Assembly (NCBI RefSeq): GCF_036321535.1
Contig: NC_087436.1
Location: forward strand, 22,632,001-22,696,000
Origin: Camelus dromedarius
Lineage: Eukaryota
Direction of reading: 5' to 3'
Length of the DNA: 64,000 nucleotides
The notes below the pieces were generated by a model that saw only the letters and a program-made list of their open reading frames with translations, ran no database searches and was not told where the DNA came from. Within the stretch, counting starts at the first letter, position 1, and each line of letters begins with the position of its first letter. The position numbers were made by a program, and so were the translations under genes. Shown one piece after another: positions 1 through 10,457 of this stretch.

Positions 1-1109
1 CCTGATCAGCATGGGCTAGAAACTCAGATCTCTTCAATATAAAACATGGACTTAAAAGTCTTCAGACTCAAGATTTTCAACACCTTCACATCCAAATGAA
101 ATTAACTGAAGGACCGGTCTGATGGACTGGACACAAACAAGCCTTTCAGAAAGCAAACAGGATGGTGGGATGATACCTGGTGGCTATTTTTGCTGCACAA
201 CCTCCTAGCACAGGAGCCCTTGAGACTGATTTCAAAGTTAAACGCAGTACTCATTTACTGCTGTCTTCTCTGGGATCTTTTCCTGCACAGGAGAGTGTGT
301 GCAAAGACAGGGAAGGGAGGGAGGGAAAAAAAATAACACTGTCAAAACTTACTGTCTGCCAGGAGCTGTAATAACCTGAAGAAAAGTCCAGTGTTTCCAC
401 TTTGTTAGTAGCTCTAGCAGATTTCACATGCAAGTCTAAGGGCCTAACTCTGTGATAGGTTTCCATACGTGTCAGTGGTTCACACTTGCGTTTGCAGGGA
501 CTGTGGTAACTGATCTCTTGTTGCCTGTCCAGTAACAGATGTGTACTCCAAAGTTCCATTCCATTATAAGTAAGTTGCTCACATCTCAAGGGGCAACAGA
601 GAAGTTTCGGTCTTTTTCTGCTTTCATTTTTACTCTATTCCAAGAACATCCTTTTTCAAGAGAATTCTTTAAATTTTAATGAGGTGGGCAAACTGTCCCT
701 AAATTTACTGTTCAGCTCCACATTTCTGTGCTAATGCTTTGGGGGACGTAAACATTCACACAAATGGTTATTATTTCTTTTTATCAGTAACATTCTCTTT
801 CCTAAGAAGTGAAGAAATTGAGGAGAGCAGTAACTCATTATATCTGGTGGTGAACAGACAGCGAGTGGCTTCCAATGTGGCTCTGAACCGTTTTGATTGC
901 TCAGTGTCCCAGGACAGATCATAGACTTTGGAGTTTGTTGCTGTTATTTTCTGCGTGTTTTAGGGACGAGGGAGCTTTATTTCATTTTTTCTCTAAGCTC
1001 TATTTGAGATACAGAGGGTAGCTAACCCTTGTCACAGGCTATTAGTAAAAATCCCCACTGATTTTTAACTCCAATCTAATGCTACCTATTCCTTTGAGAA
1101 AATACACAC

Positions 1110-1410
1110 TTTTAATAATAATTATCATAACCAGAAACTCTGCTAACACATTATATATACTTCATTTATAATCCTTGCAAATAACCTAAGGCAAGTGTGT
1201 TATTTGATGCACTTGGTTTTGTCCACTGCTATGTCCCCAGTAACTTGTGCAGCACCTGCTTGGTATTGCTTGATGAGCATTTGGTCCATGATTGAATGAA
1301 TGATGAAACAAAGGCATGGAGAGTTTGGTTTTCCCAAGGGTTGCACACCTGGTAAGTCCAGGAGTAGGAATTCAAGCCCAGCTCTGTTTGAGTTTAGAGC
1401 CTGAGGCAGA
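1110..1410. mobile_element. MIR (- strand) interrupted by an L2 3'-end fragment (~1210-1305, + strand)
   Basis: MIR-like '...gaattcaagcccagctctgtttgag' and an L2 tail '...ccactgctatgtccccag...tgaatgaatga'. Confidence 0.6.
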
Positions 1411-1784
1411 ACTGCCTCAAGCTAATGTGCTCAAATAACAAGATGCTACAATATGCCTCTGTTAGCCATTCCAGAATCTCGAGAATACTCTAAGGAAGTA
1501 TTTTCTTTGTTTTCTTTGGGTTTTTTTTTTCCCCTCCAATCAAAATTTCTTATGCTATAGTTGAGACACTATTTCTTTTGTTCTGTTTATAGTGGAAACA
1601 CAGAAATCCCATCTTCCAGGATTCTCTTCTTCAAGGTATATGGGAATAACAGGACAGTTGTACTTAAGTTTTACAGATTGAGTCATGCACTACAGGAATT
1701 TACTTCCCAAAGATATTTTGTGGTGAATAATTCCCTGAATTACATGGAGATTTTTTTCTTTGTAATCTTGATGCCCAAGTCATA

Positions 1785-1892
1785 TATCAAGCCAATTAAG
1801 TCTTAAGCCCTGAGTAGAGGACCAAGGCATCAGTATGTTTTTGGAGTTTCCCCAGTGATTACAATATGGGGCCAAGTTGGAGAAATACTGCC
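1785..1892. mobile_element. MER5-like hAT-Charlie MITE fragment
   Basis: 'ggcatcagtatgttttt...cccagtgatt...gccaagttggagaaatactg' resembles the MER5 terminus. Confidence 0.55.
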
Positions 1893-2729
1893 TTGGAAAA
1901 AGAAGCAATCCACTGTCGTCTCTTCTCAGATGAATGCTGTTTTTCCCTCATCCACGTCTTCCCCCAAATAACCCCTAGTTTCCTTAACCTTTTCCCCTGA
2001 GTTGTAAATTTTTACTTCAATTATTTTCCTAGCTTTTTTGTAGCTCTTTGCCAAAGTCTTTATATGTAGAAATGAATTAAGAGCAAAACAATGAGTGTCA
2101 GACATGTTCCGCATGTTGCTAAAAAACAGCTTCTTTCTGGTTAGCTATAAGTAATAATACAAATACACATATACGAAATTACTAGGAATACATCTTTGAA
2201 ATGACAAGCTTTAAAATAAAATTATCCAACTCACAGAAGAAGGATCTAAAGATACAGATTTCTGTGCAACAGTCATTTAAGGTGGACTTTTCCTCTTCTG
2301 AGGTCATGGCAAAAACCGTCCCAGCAGAGTGACAAAGCTCACTAACTACTTGGATTTCAAAGCTATATATTCAGTGTTAGACAAAGTGGACAGTGGCTTT
2401 CAGTTCTAAAGAGTCATTTATACATTTATACTCTTATGTATGAATTCAAAGCTATACTGGAACATACAAAAATGTCTGACCATATTTTATTTCTAGTCTT
2501 AACTGAGATTTTTCAGACTCTCTTTCTTTTCACTATGAGTATAATTTAAAATGTTTCCAACCACCAAAAAAAAAAAAAAGGGTCATTTTACGGGCAGTAA
2601 CCAGAAGTGCATTATCAGTTTACAATATAGAATGACAGCTTAGGAGCATATGATTGTCCACCCTCATTGCTGCGTGAAAAAAATTATCTTTTTCTAAGCC
2701 CAAATTTAAGATACTTAAAAGAAGGCTTT

Positions 2730-4185
2730 AGATTTCCATTGTTGAGTCATGGCAGGCTAGACTATGTACACACACACACACACACATACACCTCACACTA
2801 AAAATAAAGAAAGACACTAGATAAAATCATTTCTTAATTTTGAAGCACTTACAATATAGTAAAGAATTATCAGCTCAAGACGTATGAGAAAGCAAGAACC
2901 CAGAGAACCAGCTTAGCAGGGCACTCAAGCCTGCTTTGGCCTAGAAGCCCTTTAACCATCCAGGATAAAGTGAATTATACAGCTGAGCTATGATTTTGAT
3001 GAACTTGTGGGGCAAGAGGGCAGAAACTGAGCTAAGGGCCTGCTAAAATTAGAGGATCTAATAGAAAGCTGCCCACCTCAAAGTCAATACCCCACCCCAA
3101 AGGACTACACATATCCTTAGGGTAAGGCAGAGCCCCAAGTAGTTATACCTCAGGGTAGAGAGGACCTAGCCTATCCTTCCTCTCCCACAAACCCCAGGAC
3201 TTGCAGAAAATTTCCACCGGCACCAAGCAGCTCAAGGAGAATGTATGTTAAGAAAACTATCTTGAGAGACGGGCAAGATAGAGGAAGAGGATTAAGAGGT
3301 TCAAACCACTAGATATAAAATAAATAAGATACAAGGATGTAATGTACAGCCCAGAGAATATAACTGATATTTTATAATAACTTTAAATTTAGTATAATTT
3401 ATAAAAATATCAAATCACTATGCTGTACACCTGGAACTAATATAATGTTGCAAATCAACCATACAAACTATCTTGAGATATTATAATCATGGCTGATGTA
3501 TCTGCAGCCTACATTTTTTATCATTAAAGTGTTCCAAGAAATCATAAACTATAAATGTAAGCAGTACTGAACTAACAGTGCTCCTAAACATCTGAAAGTG
3601 ACAAATGAAAATCATTTCTAGAGCAAAGCACATATATCCTAAGCCTCAGGGAATCCCCATAAATAATATTTTTCAAGGACAACAAGCAGCATCCAATTAA
3701 AGGCAACTAAGCATCCAAGGAAATAAGTTACTACAGGCAATAAATAGCAGAAATAATAGCCAGAAGAAAAGGAAGGCTACAAATATTGCCATTATCAGAG
3801 AGTTGATTTAAAAAATGATGTTCATGAAGTTTATGAGAAACTTGAAGTTATATACATGAAATAGGAAAATATAAAAAGTGACATGGAAGATTTGGAAAAG
3901 AATCAAGAGAACTTTAAGAACTGAAAAAATGCACTAATGAAAAACTCAAAGAACAGGTATGGTAGCTGATTATACAACAGAGAAAAAGTAATTATTAGTG
4001 AAACAGAAGGTAGGTTGGAAGAAACTGTTCATAATTTAGAATGAAGACACCAAAAAAAGTTGGAAAAAATCGAGCAGAGTGGTTAGGAGGCAAGAAGGAC
4101 AGAATGAGAAAGTCTTACATACACCTTGTTATAGTTCCTGAAAGAGAAAACAGGGTAGAGGGAATATGTGAAGAAATAATGGAGT
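2730..4185 (+). mobile_element. Ancient L1 (L1M/HAL1-type) 5'UTR-ORF1 remnant
   Basis: A-rich + strand with ORF1-like text such as 'ttagtgaaacagaaggtag...gacagaatgagaaagtc...agttcctgaaagagaa...gaagaaataatgg'. Confidence 0.65.
3268..3464 (+). mobile_element. 5'-truncated L1 3'UTR fragment nested in the older L1, 14-bp TSD
   Basis: L1 3' end 'aatcactatgctgtacacctggaactaatataatgttg'. TSD aaactatcttgaga at 3254-3267 and 3465-3478. Confidence 0.85.
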
Positions 4186-4948
4186 GGTTGAAGAAAGAGG
4201 CTGACTGGTATTCATAGATGCATCGAAGAGCCTTGAGTTTCTTTATTGTTTTGGAAATTCAGTGGTACATGTGGTTGAACAGCCTCTCTTAGCCACATGT
4301 TGATGCAGAACACCATTTCACTCGTCAAAGGGAAAATAAGAAATAAATGGCCTTCATCACCTGATATGGAACTTGATAACATTTTATTTTTTTTCAATAT
4401 GTGATAATCTGCTCAGAGTAGCAAAAGGCACATCAATCTGCTGAAAGAATTTCCAAGCATAGGCAGATATCTGCATTATGAATAAATGAGCTAGTACCTG
4501 AATTATGCTTGCCCCATTCAAGGAAGCAGTGGCTGCACGTTAACCTTTAAGAAAGGACAGAGATTTGGGGGGTGTTTTGTGGTTGTTAATTGTTGATGAT
4601 TTACATTTTTTTATGCCTTATAACATCTTTATATTTTCCACTAAGCCACTTAAAAATAGCACTAAGTAATTATCCCTCAAACTTTGCAAATGAATTGAAA
4701 AGATGATGTCTAGTGAGTTGAGAATCAATTGTTAAATTTACCGAATTTGAGAACTGACCTGTCTACTGCATCTAAGACCTTCAATGAGTTGAATGATCGG
4801 TAGTTCCTTGTGTTTAAATTAGATACAGTCTTTAGATTCTCTTTTACAATATTCTTTCATTTTCCTTTAAATTCTCTCAGAACTGGTGATTAAGAGGTTA
4901 TTTTTGTGTAAACAGGAAGTTCTTTGTTCCCTGCTCTTCTTCCTACAG

Positions 4949-4957
4949 ACCGATTAG
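4949..4957 (+). other. Candidate 9-nt micro-exon (ACCGATTAG) of an unidentified host gene
   Basis: Strong polypyrimidine tract and CAG acceptor (tctttgttccctgctcttcttcctacag), followed 9 nt later by an AG|GTTAGT donor. Confidence 0.3.
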
Positions 4958-6269
4958 GTTAGTGTTTATAATGTTGTAGTACATCACCATGGAAATGCTG
5001 CAATGTGACACATATTACAGCAAATAAAATGGGAAGAGGCTGTTCAGGGAGAAAGAAGGCTTGTGGCTGCATCTCAGTTTCAAAATCTTCTGCTCTGTCC
5101 TCTAGGGAATTCACTCTACAACAGATGTCTTTCAGCCCTACCGTAAAGATGCGCAGGCAGCCCTTCCACTGTAGAATCAAGTTCATGATATCCTCTCTCT
5201 GTCATAGACAGATTCCTCTTTCTCACATTCCACTTTGTTTAATTACTTTCTCTCGTGTAATTTTAATGTAATTTATATTCAGAGCAACAACTGGGCATTC
5301 AGGTACAAAACTGGGAATCCTTCATACCCTGCTGAGTCTGTGAGGTGAATGGAAAAAGGGAAAGATGAGAAGACAGACAAGAGTTGTAGTGTCGGCTCCA
5401 TCACTCATAAGTCTCAGATTCTTTACACATGAAAGGGATGTAAAAACAACTGCTTACAGGGATGCAGTAAGAACTGAGATAATACACGAAAAAAAACCCA
5501 ATAACAACCTTGGTAAACAAAATCCAATACAAAATGTTGTATATTAATCTTAATAGAGAAAAAAAATAATTAATCTATATTGTTCTCCTTCACATACATT
5601 GGTCCTTGATGAGTCATAATGTCCTTCACATACATTGATCCTTGAGAATCATATAATAATAAAATATTATAATAATAAAACCATAATGAACTGTCCTTTA
5701 ACCACATCATCATTAAGTGTATTGGCAGACCTGATTTTCCAGAGGTTGTGTGACCTTGATGCTTTAAAACAGTTACTATTCAAAGTCCTGGGGGAGAAAA
5801 GTGCTAAAATTAATTAGACTTTGGCAGAAAGATGTACTGGATAAATGAGTAGAGATTTTTAATCTCTAATTTTTGAGGTAGTAGAAACAATAACTTCCCA
5901 GCACTCAACTGGTATTTGCCCTAACGTCCTACTGAGCTAATTCATATCAGGAGTGGGCACATTGTGACTTCTGCTGTGGGTTCCATGTATGAACAAAAGA
6001 CCAATTCTCTTTACTAGGAAACAAATGGTCCAAATTAAAAGCTCCTGTAGGTCTGAAACTGCAGAAGCAACCTAATTTTAAAAGGACTCTGAAGACACAT
6101 TTCTCTTCAGTGAGTGGACATAAGATGTGAGCAATTATTAAACTCATAAACTAGCTTTAATTGGGATGATAGCTCAATAGATAAGCACTCAGTAGTCGGG
6201 CTCCATCCAGATCTACAGTTAGAACCAGGAATTGAGCTGGGCTACAAAAGTGAGCGTTGGCTTGTGTGG

Positions 6270-6409
6270 TCTCTCCTGGACCCTCTCCTCCTTTTCCATC
6301 ACCCCTTTCTTCTCCTGCCCTCTTTCTCCTTCTTGTCTCCCTCCTTTTCCTTCCTTATTCACTCCCCCTTTGTCTACTTCCTTCCTCTTCCTTGCCCTGC
6401 ATCCCGCAG
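6270..6409 (+). other. ~140-nt polypyrimidine tract ending in a candidate splice acceptor (CAG at 6407-6409)
   Basis: Almost pure C/T stretch followed by cccgcag|ATTAA. Confidence 0.35.
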
Positions 6410-6556
6410 ATTAATCATCCAGACTCTTGCAGTCCCAGTTATGCAGACAGCCATGCTATTCGTTTCGTTCTAAGGCATCAGTGTTTTCCTTTTGAGCTTG
6501 ACCTAAATTCATCAGACAGTGCTGCCACAACATTTCACTTTTAATTTTTAGAACCT

Positions 6557-6972
6557 TTTATGGCTTGAATTGTGTTCTGTTAAAAAATGCATCTATGTTG
6601 AAGTCCTAACCCCCGGCACCTCAGAACATGACTGAATTTGGGAATTGGGCTATTGCAGATGTAATTAGTTATAAAAAGAACGCCATGTGAAGAGGCACAA
6701 ACACAAACACAGGGAAGACTACGTGGGGACATAGGGAGAGGCTGGAATTATATTGCTGCAAATCAAGGAAAGACAAAGATTATCAGCAAACCACCAGGAG
6801 CTAGGGAGGAGGATGAAATAGATTCTCTCTCACAGCCCTTGAAGGAACCACCTCTGCTGGCACCTCGACTTCCGACTTCCAGCCTCCAGAACTGTGAGAC
6901 GACAAATACCTGCTCTTCTAAGCCACCCACAACATTTGTGGCAATTTATTGCCACAGTCCTATCAAGTACAG
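6557..6972 (+). mobile_element. MaLR solo LTR (MLT1C-like)
   Basis: 'tatgttgaagtcctaaccccc...gacttccagcctccagaactgtgagac...aagccaccc'. Confidence 0.85.
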
Positions 6973-8144
6973 ACCTGGACCATAATTTTATCTTATTTTT
7001 TATTTTTATTTTTGAAAAATGAACTCCTGTCATCACACTTCCTTCTTGAGGACATGAATGACAGCTCAGTCCATTAGTGACGGGAGCTTCCTCAGCCCAT
7101 TCTGACTAAGCCATATTCCAGCTGCTTTATTTATTCCATTTGAGCAACCAAAAGCTCAAACAAATTGATCTGAAGACCTAATTTTTCTTTAAAACAAGAG
7201 CAACTAATAATTTACAGCTCAAAACTCGTAAGTCAAGGGCAATGAAGAATTACTATTGCCATTTTCATGGTAACTCTGCAATGACTTCTCAGTTCTGATT
7301 CGAGAGTATTTCAGACTGAATTATGAACTTATACTTGGCAAAGGGAGTCACAAAAGGGGGTGATCTGGAAACTTAGTAAACTTGGTCAAGAGAAATGGGC
7401 ACTGCTTTGTGAGTCAGATGCTAATTCTTTTTAATCTTAGCTTTTAGCCTTATATTTGGGGTAGGGCTTGAGTCATGTAACTTAATCCTCTGAGAGCTGG
7501 TTTTCTCTAGAAGAGTACCTGGAATTTAGGCAGTTCTCCTTAATGTTTGCCTTTTATTTGCTAAAGCTTTCCTTTTCCTAGATACTAAGGCAACTCTATC
7601 TAGCAGGGCCTGGCTATATCCCATGCCATTCCTGCCAGCTGTTTACAAAATAATGTTTTTTACTTTTAACTGATCCGAAAAAATCTCTGTTTTCTTAATA
7701 ACACAAGCCACAACTATGGTGCTTAAAACACCATCTTAGTTTACTTTATCTTGGTGATCTCAGGACTTTTACATAATTCACAGCCAGGGAATGAATAACA
7801 GCACTCAGGACTTTTAAACTAGACTGTGAGCAGTATGTTATCATCTCAGATAATTTAAATTTCAGTGCCAACTCTAAAATGAAGCTTCACAGGCTCTTGG
7901 AAGTCACTGTGAGGTTGTATTTTAGAGTTGGGAAGAGATAAATCCAACGCAACACAAATGGTAAAAGTATGATTTACATTGCTTGGTAAAGATCAAATTC
8001 TTAAAGTTCTGGTACTCAGAGAAACCAATAAATATAGCTAGAAATCTTATATTATAAAAGACTGACCAGTGGGAAGTGGCAGGTGCACCAAGCAGAACAT
8101 TTGTGTCTCAGGTTATTCTACAAAAAGCTTTAGAAAGAAGGGAA

Positions 8145-8290
8145 GTCGGGCATGTTGAGTGTCCCAGACAAGGTGCTGGGCACTTACTGTACATCACCTC
8201 ACCAGCTCAATCTGCACGGTGCCCCACAGGACAGATCATTTATCCCTACTTCTTCATGTATGAAGAAATGAAGCAGTTCTAGGTCTGTTG
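8145..8290 (-). mobile_element. MIR fragment
   Basis: 'tgtcccagacaaggtgctgggcactt...tatgaagaaatgaagca' MIR core. Confidence 0.5.
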
Positions 8291-8349
8291 TCAAAATGAG
8301 AAACAAAATCCGGGGTTGGCTGACCAATAGCCCATGAACCCTGCTAACC

Positions 8350-8500
8350 AGAGCCTGAGGTTTGGTTCTGACTCTCGGTCTGCCTAGCTGGGTGACCTTG
8401 AATAATTTGCTAAATCCATGTGGGTCTCAGTATCCCCCCCGTGTAAAGCCGATGTTTTAGAGTAGATGATTTCACAGGCTCCTTCTAGCTAGAAAATTTT
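8350..8500 (+). mobile_element. MIR/MIR3 fragment immediately 5' of the EBL
   Basis: 'ctagctgggtgaccttg...tctcagtatcccc...tagatgatttcacaggctccttctagct'. Confidence 0.6.
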
Positions 8501-8530
8501 ATTATTTATTTATTTATTTATCTATTTATC

Positions 8531-8956
8531 TTTAACAAATGCTTTACTATGAAAGTAACTTTCTCAATCAATGCCCATAATACAGATGCACTTTTACAAT
8601 CCAATAAACAACTCAAAATGAATTATCCTACAAATTTTGTGGAAAACCCACAGCAATTTTTTGGGTAGTAATTGGATCCAACAGTATTATAATTCTAATG
8701 AACGTGTTAAATCAGGAATCTCTAAATTTTGGAATCCCAGTGTTAATCAAGTACAAATAAACATTAGCCCACATCTATCACCAGTGACTCAGACATTTCT
8801 TTCTAATGCATCGACCGTAACAGAGAATTTCTACTTGGAAAAATAAAATCAGTGCAAGTCAGAATAGCAAGGTGCGAACAGGTCATTGTTGACTCCATTA
8901 TGATATCGCGTTATGATTCCACCATGATTATGAGAATTTGCTTAGGTATTCCATAG
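8531..8956 (+). pseudogene. EBLG: Bornavirus-like glycoprotein, C-terminal (GP-C/GP2) fragment, decayed
   Basis: KCFTMKVTF (8537-8563) ~ BoDV G QCHRVNVTF. LQSNKQLKMNYP ~ LNDEGRLQTNTP. After a frameshift (ORF 8637-8846): WKTHSNFLG ~ WFGRYFLG and SGISKFWNPSVNQ...HLSPVTQTFLSNAST ~ SGHETDPINH...DLLPYTRSSNITS. After another shift: LLGKIKSVQVRIARCEQVI ~ PLGWLRDLLAWAAWLGGVL, with stop TAG at 8954-8956. Confidence 0.7.
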
Positions 8957-8970
8957 AACCTCATACTGCT

Positions 8971-9330
8971 ATGCCTTTAAAACATGAATTTTTAGCTATG
9001 TAACTCAAAATAGTATATGTATCACTTAAATTAATTTTTGTTGCTTAAAGCTTGTAAGTGAAAAAACTGTACAACATACTGTATAAAGAATGTAGAAGTG
9101 CAATAGTAAAGATCACCAATTTCTATTTTGCAATAATTTTCAAATAAGATTCTATTTCTTCAGCAAATTCAGGAACAGTATTTACAAACTAGTCCCTAGA
9201 AATGTATATGCTTTTATTCTCGTTACTTTCAGAAAGATCAGAAAGAGACATAAGATGAGCAAGTGATCTGTCCAGAAAGACTTCTACAAACCACCTAAAA
9301 TATCACTCTAAAACAATGTAGGGAAGAAAA
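8971..9330 (+). pseudogene. EBLM: Bornavirus-like matrix protein (near full length, decayed)
   Basis: ATG at 8971: MPLKHEF ~ BoDV M MNSKHSY. LKLIFVA ~ LEIDFVG; LYNILY ~ FLNIPF; KITNFYFAI ~ KLTDYFTI. After a frameshift, NNFQIRFYFFSKFRNSIYKLVPRNVYAFI ~ IYFQIDDFLLLTLNSLSVYKDPIRKYMFL. Several in-frame stops. 3' end approximate. Confidence 0.75.
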
Positions 9331-9599
9331 GCATGTGTGACTTTGGATATAGCAAAGCAAGCTCTTGCCACAAAAAGTTATTTCATGTAACTATTAGAGA
9401 AAAACTTGCTCGATGACACTTTCATATAATATAACATTCCTAGGAAAACAATTTGGATGTATAGAGCATCCTTTTGGCAGACAATTATAGTGTTTATTAT
9501 CTCTTTGGCTGCTGTTCATTTAACCAAGAGGCAAAAATATGTTGTGAAGGCTACAAACAAGCAATTTGCTGTTCAATGTTGATTGATAGAAGAATTAAC

Positions 9600-10260
9600 A
9601 CAGTACTGGGCGGGTGAATCTTGATGAAATGGGCCCTACCAAGATGTCCTGAAATCCTGCCATAATCACAGGCCAAGAACTCCTGGCCAGCATCTAAACA
9701 CTCTGCAGACCCTGCCATCCCATTCAGTAAAAATGTTGCAAAAACCTGCCCAAGACGAACATGTATTTGGCCCTTGCAGAGGATCCAAAGCAAATGTGGA
9801 AATTGAGATTCATCAAGGAGAGCCAACTGTCATGGAAACTGGATGGGTTTCGCATGAACCAGTTGGACCTGTGGAACTGGATATTTACCATGCGCTGACA
9901 ATACACAAGATTGTAAAGGGTGGCGTAGAAGTTCACTGATGTAAATTTATAATTGGTCTCTCCCTTACCCCATGCCTTTATCATACTGCTTGACCCACAT
10001 CTATGATCTCTTAGACACCTTGTTTTTAGGTATGAGGCAGCATCTTACAAAATCACTTCATTTTAGGTGCTCGATATTTGTGCCCTGCACCTGGTAGAGT
10101 TGTTTCAACATGCAGTTGTCTGAGTTTTGAACTAGCTATTGGCCCAGCCATGTTATTTATAATTTAATCTCCTGTTTATAGACCATAAGTAATAAAATAA
10201 TAGGGGTGTTGATTAAAGACATGTGTATTCAATACACTACACTGAACAGATCTTAAAAAA
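9600..10260 (+). pseudogene. EBLL: Bornavirus-like L (RNA-dependent RNA polymerase) N-terminal fragment, decayed
   Basis: QDVLK/NPAIITGQEL (~9640-9682) ~ BoDV L DQSLKNPLLGTEV. TLPSHSVKML ~ SLPHHVRAL. LSWKLD (9827-9844) ~ SAWKLD. YHALTIHKIVKGGVEVH ~ RYALTNPRVRAQLELH. Weaker matches: HFRCSIFV ~ KSRCHLLI, HVIYNLI..I...IIGVL ~ HDDYFTIIKSIFPYSQGLV, and terminal TDLKK ~ DSLLKK. 5' boundary approximate. Confidence 0.75.
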
Positions 10261-10270
10261 AAAAAAAAAA
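10252..10270 (+). terminator. Fossil bornavirus transcription termination/polyadenylation signal (T3-like) plus poly(A) tail
   Basis: CTT followed by 16 A directly ends the L-like homology. Bornavirus T signals read T(A)6-7 in mRNA sense, and BoDV T3 lies inside the 5' part of the L ORF. Confidence 0.55.
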
Positions 10271-10457
10271 CAATTTAACCAGAATAACATGAGCATTCTT
10301 CTCTGACCTCCCTTGAAAAGTTTTTGATTTATTCTGATTAGATTTGAACTTACTGGCACTGTACTTTTGTAATCACAGTCAGAAAAGGGTGCCATAAAAC
10401 AATACACACTGCGCTTGTTTGCTTAATTGACTGGCTGCTTCTCTTCCTTTTGTATAG

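Larger units (their letters stand above)
8531..10270 (+). mobile_element. Endogenous bornavirus-like element (EBL), polycistronic G-M-L fragment ending in poly(A)
   Basis: About a dozen colinear motif matches, across stops and frameshifts, to three different bornavirus proteins (G, M, L), compared by eye with BoDV-1 sequences from memory. Ends in CTT-A16 (A run 10255-10270). Resembles no transposon family I recognise. Confidence 0.8.

Noticed and set aside
8846..8956. VQVRIARCEQVIVDSIMI as bornavirus P ([20 protein letters not shown]), implying P-M order
   Set aside because: A single weak block, against four or five colinear G-like blocks immediately upstream. The same segment also fits the G membrane-proximal region. 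Not fully excluded without a search.
9733..9939. 68-aa ORF as an intact co-opted viral protein
   Set aside because: L similarity switches between frames inside it (SWKLD is in another frame), so it is a chance-open mosaic.
9551..9984. Minus-strand ORFs 9551-9826 and 9724-9984 as host exons
   Set aside because: No recognisable protein or convincing splice sites; better explained as antisense shadows of the decayed L-like frame.
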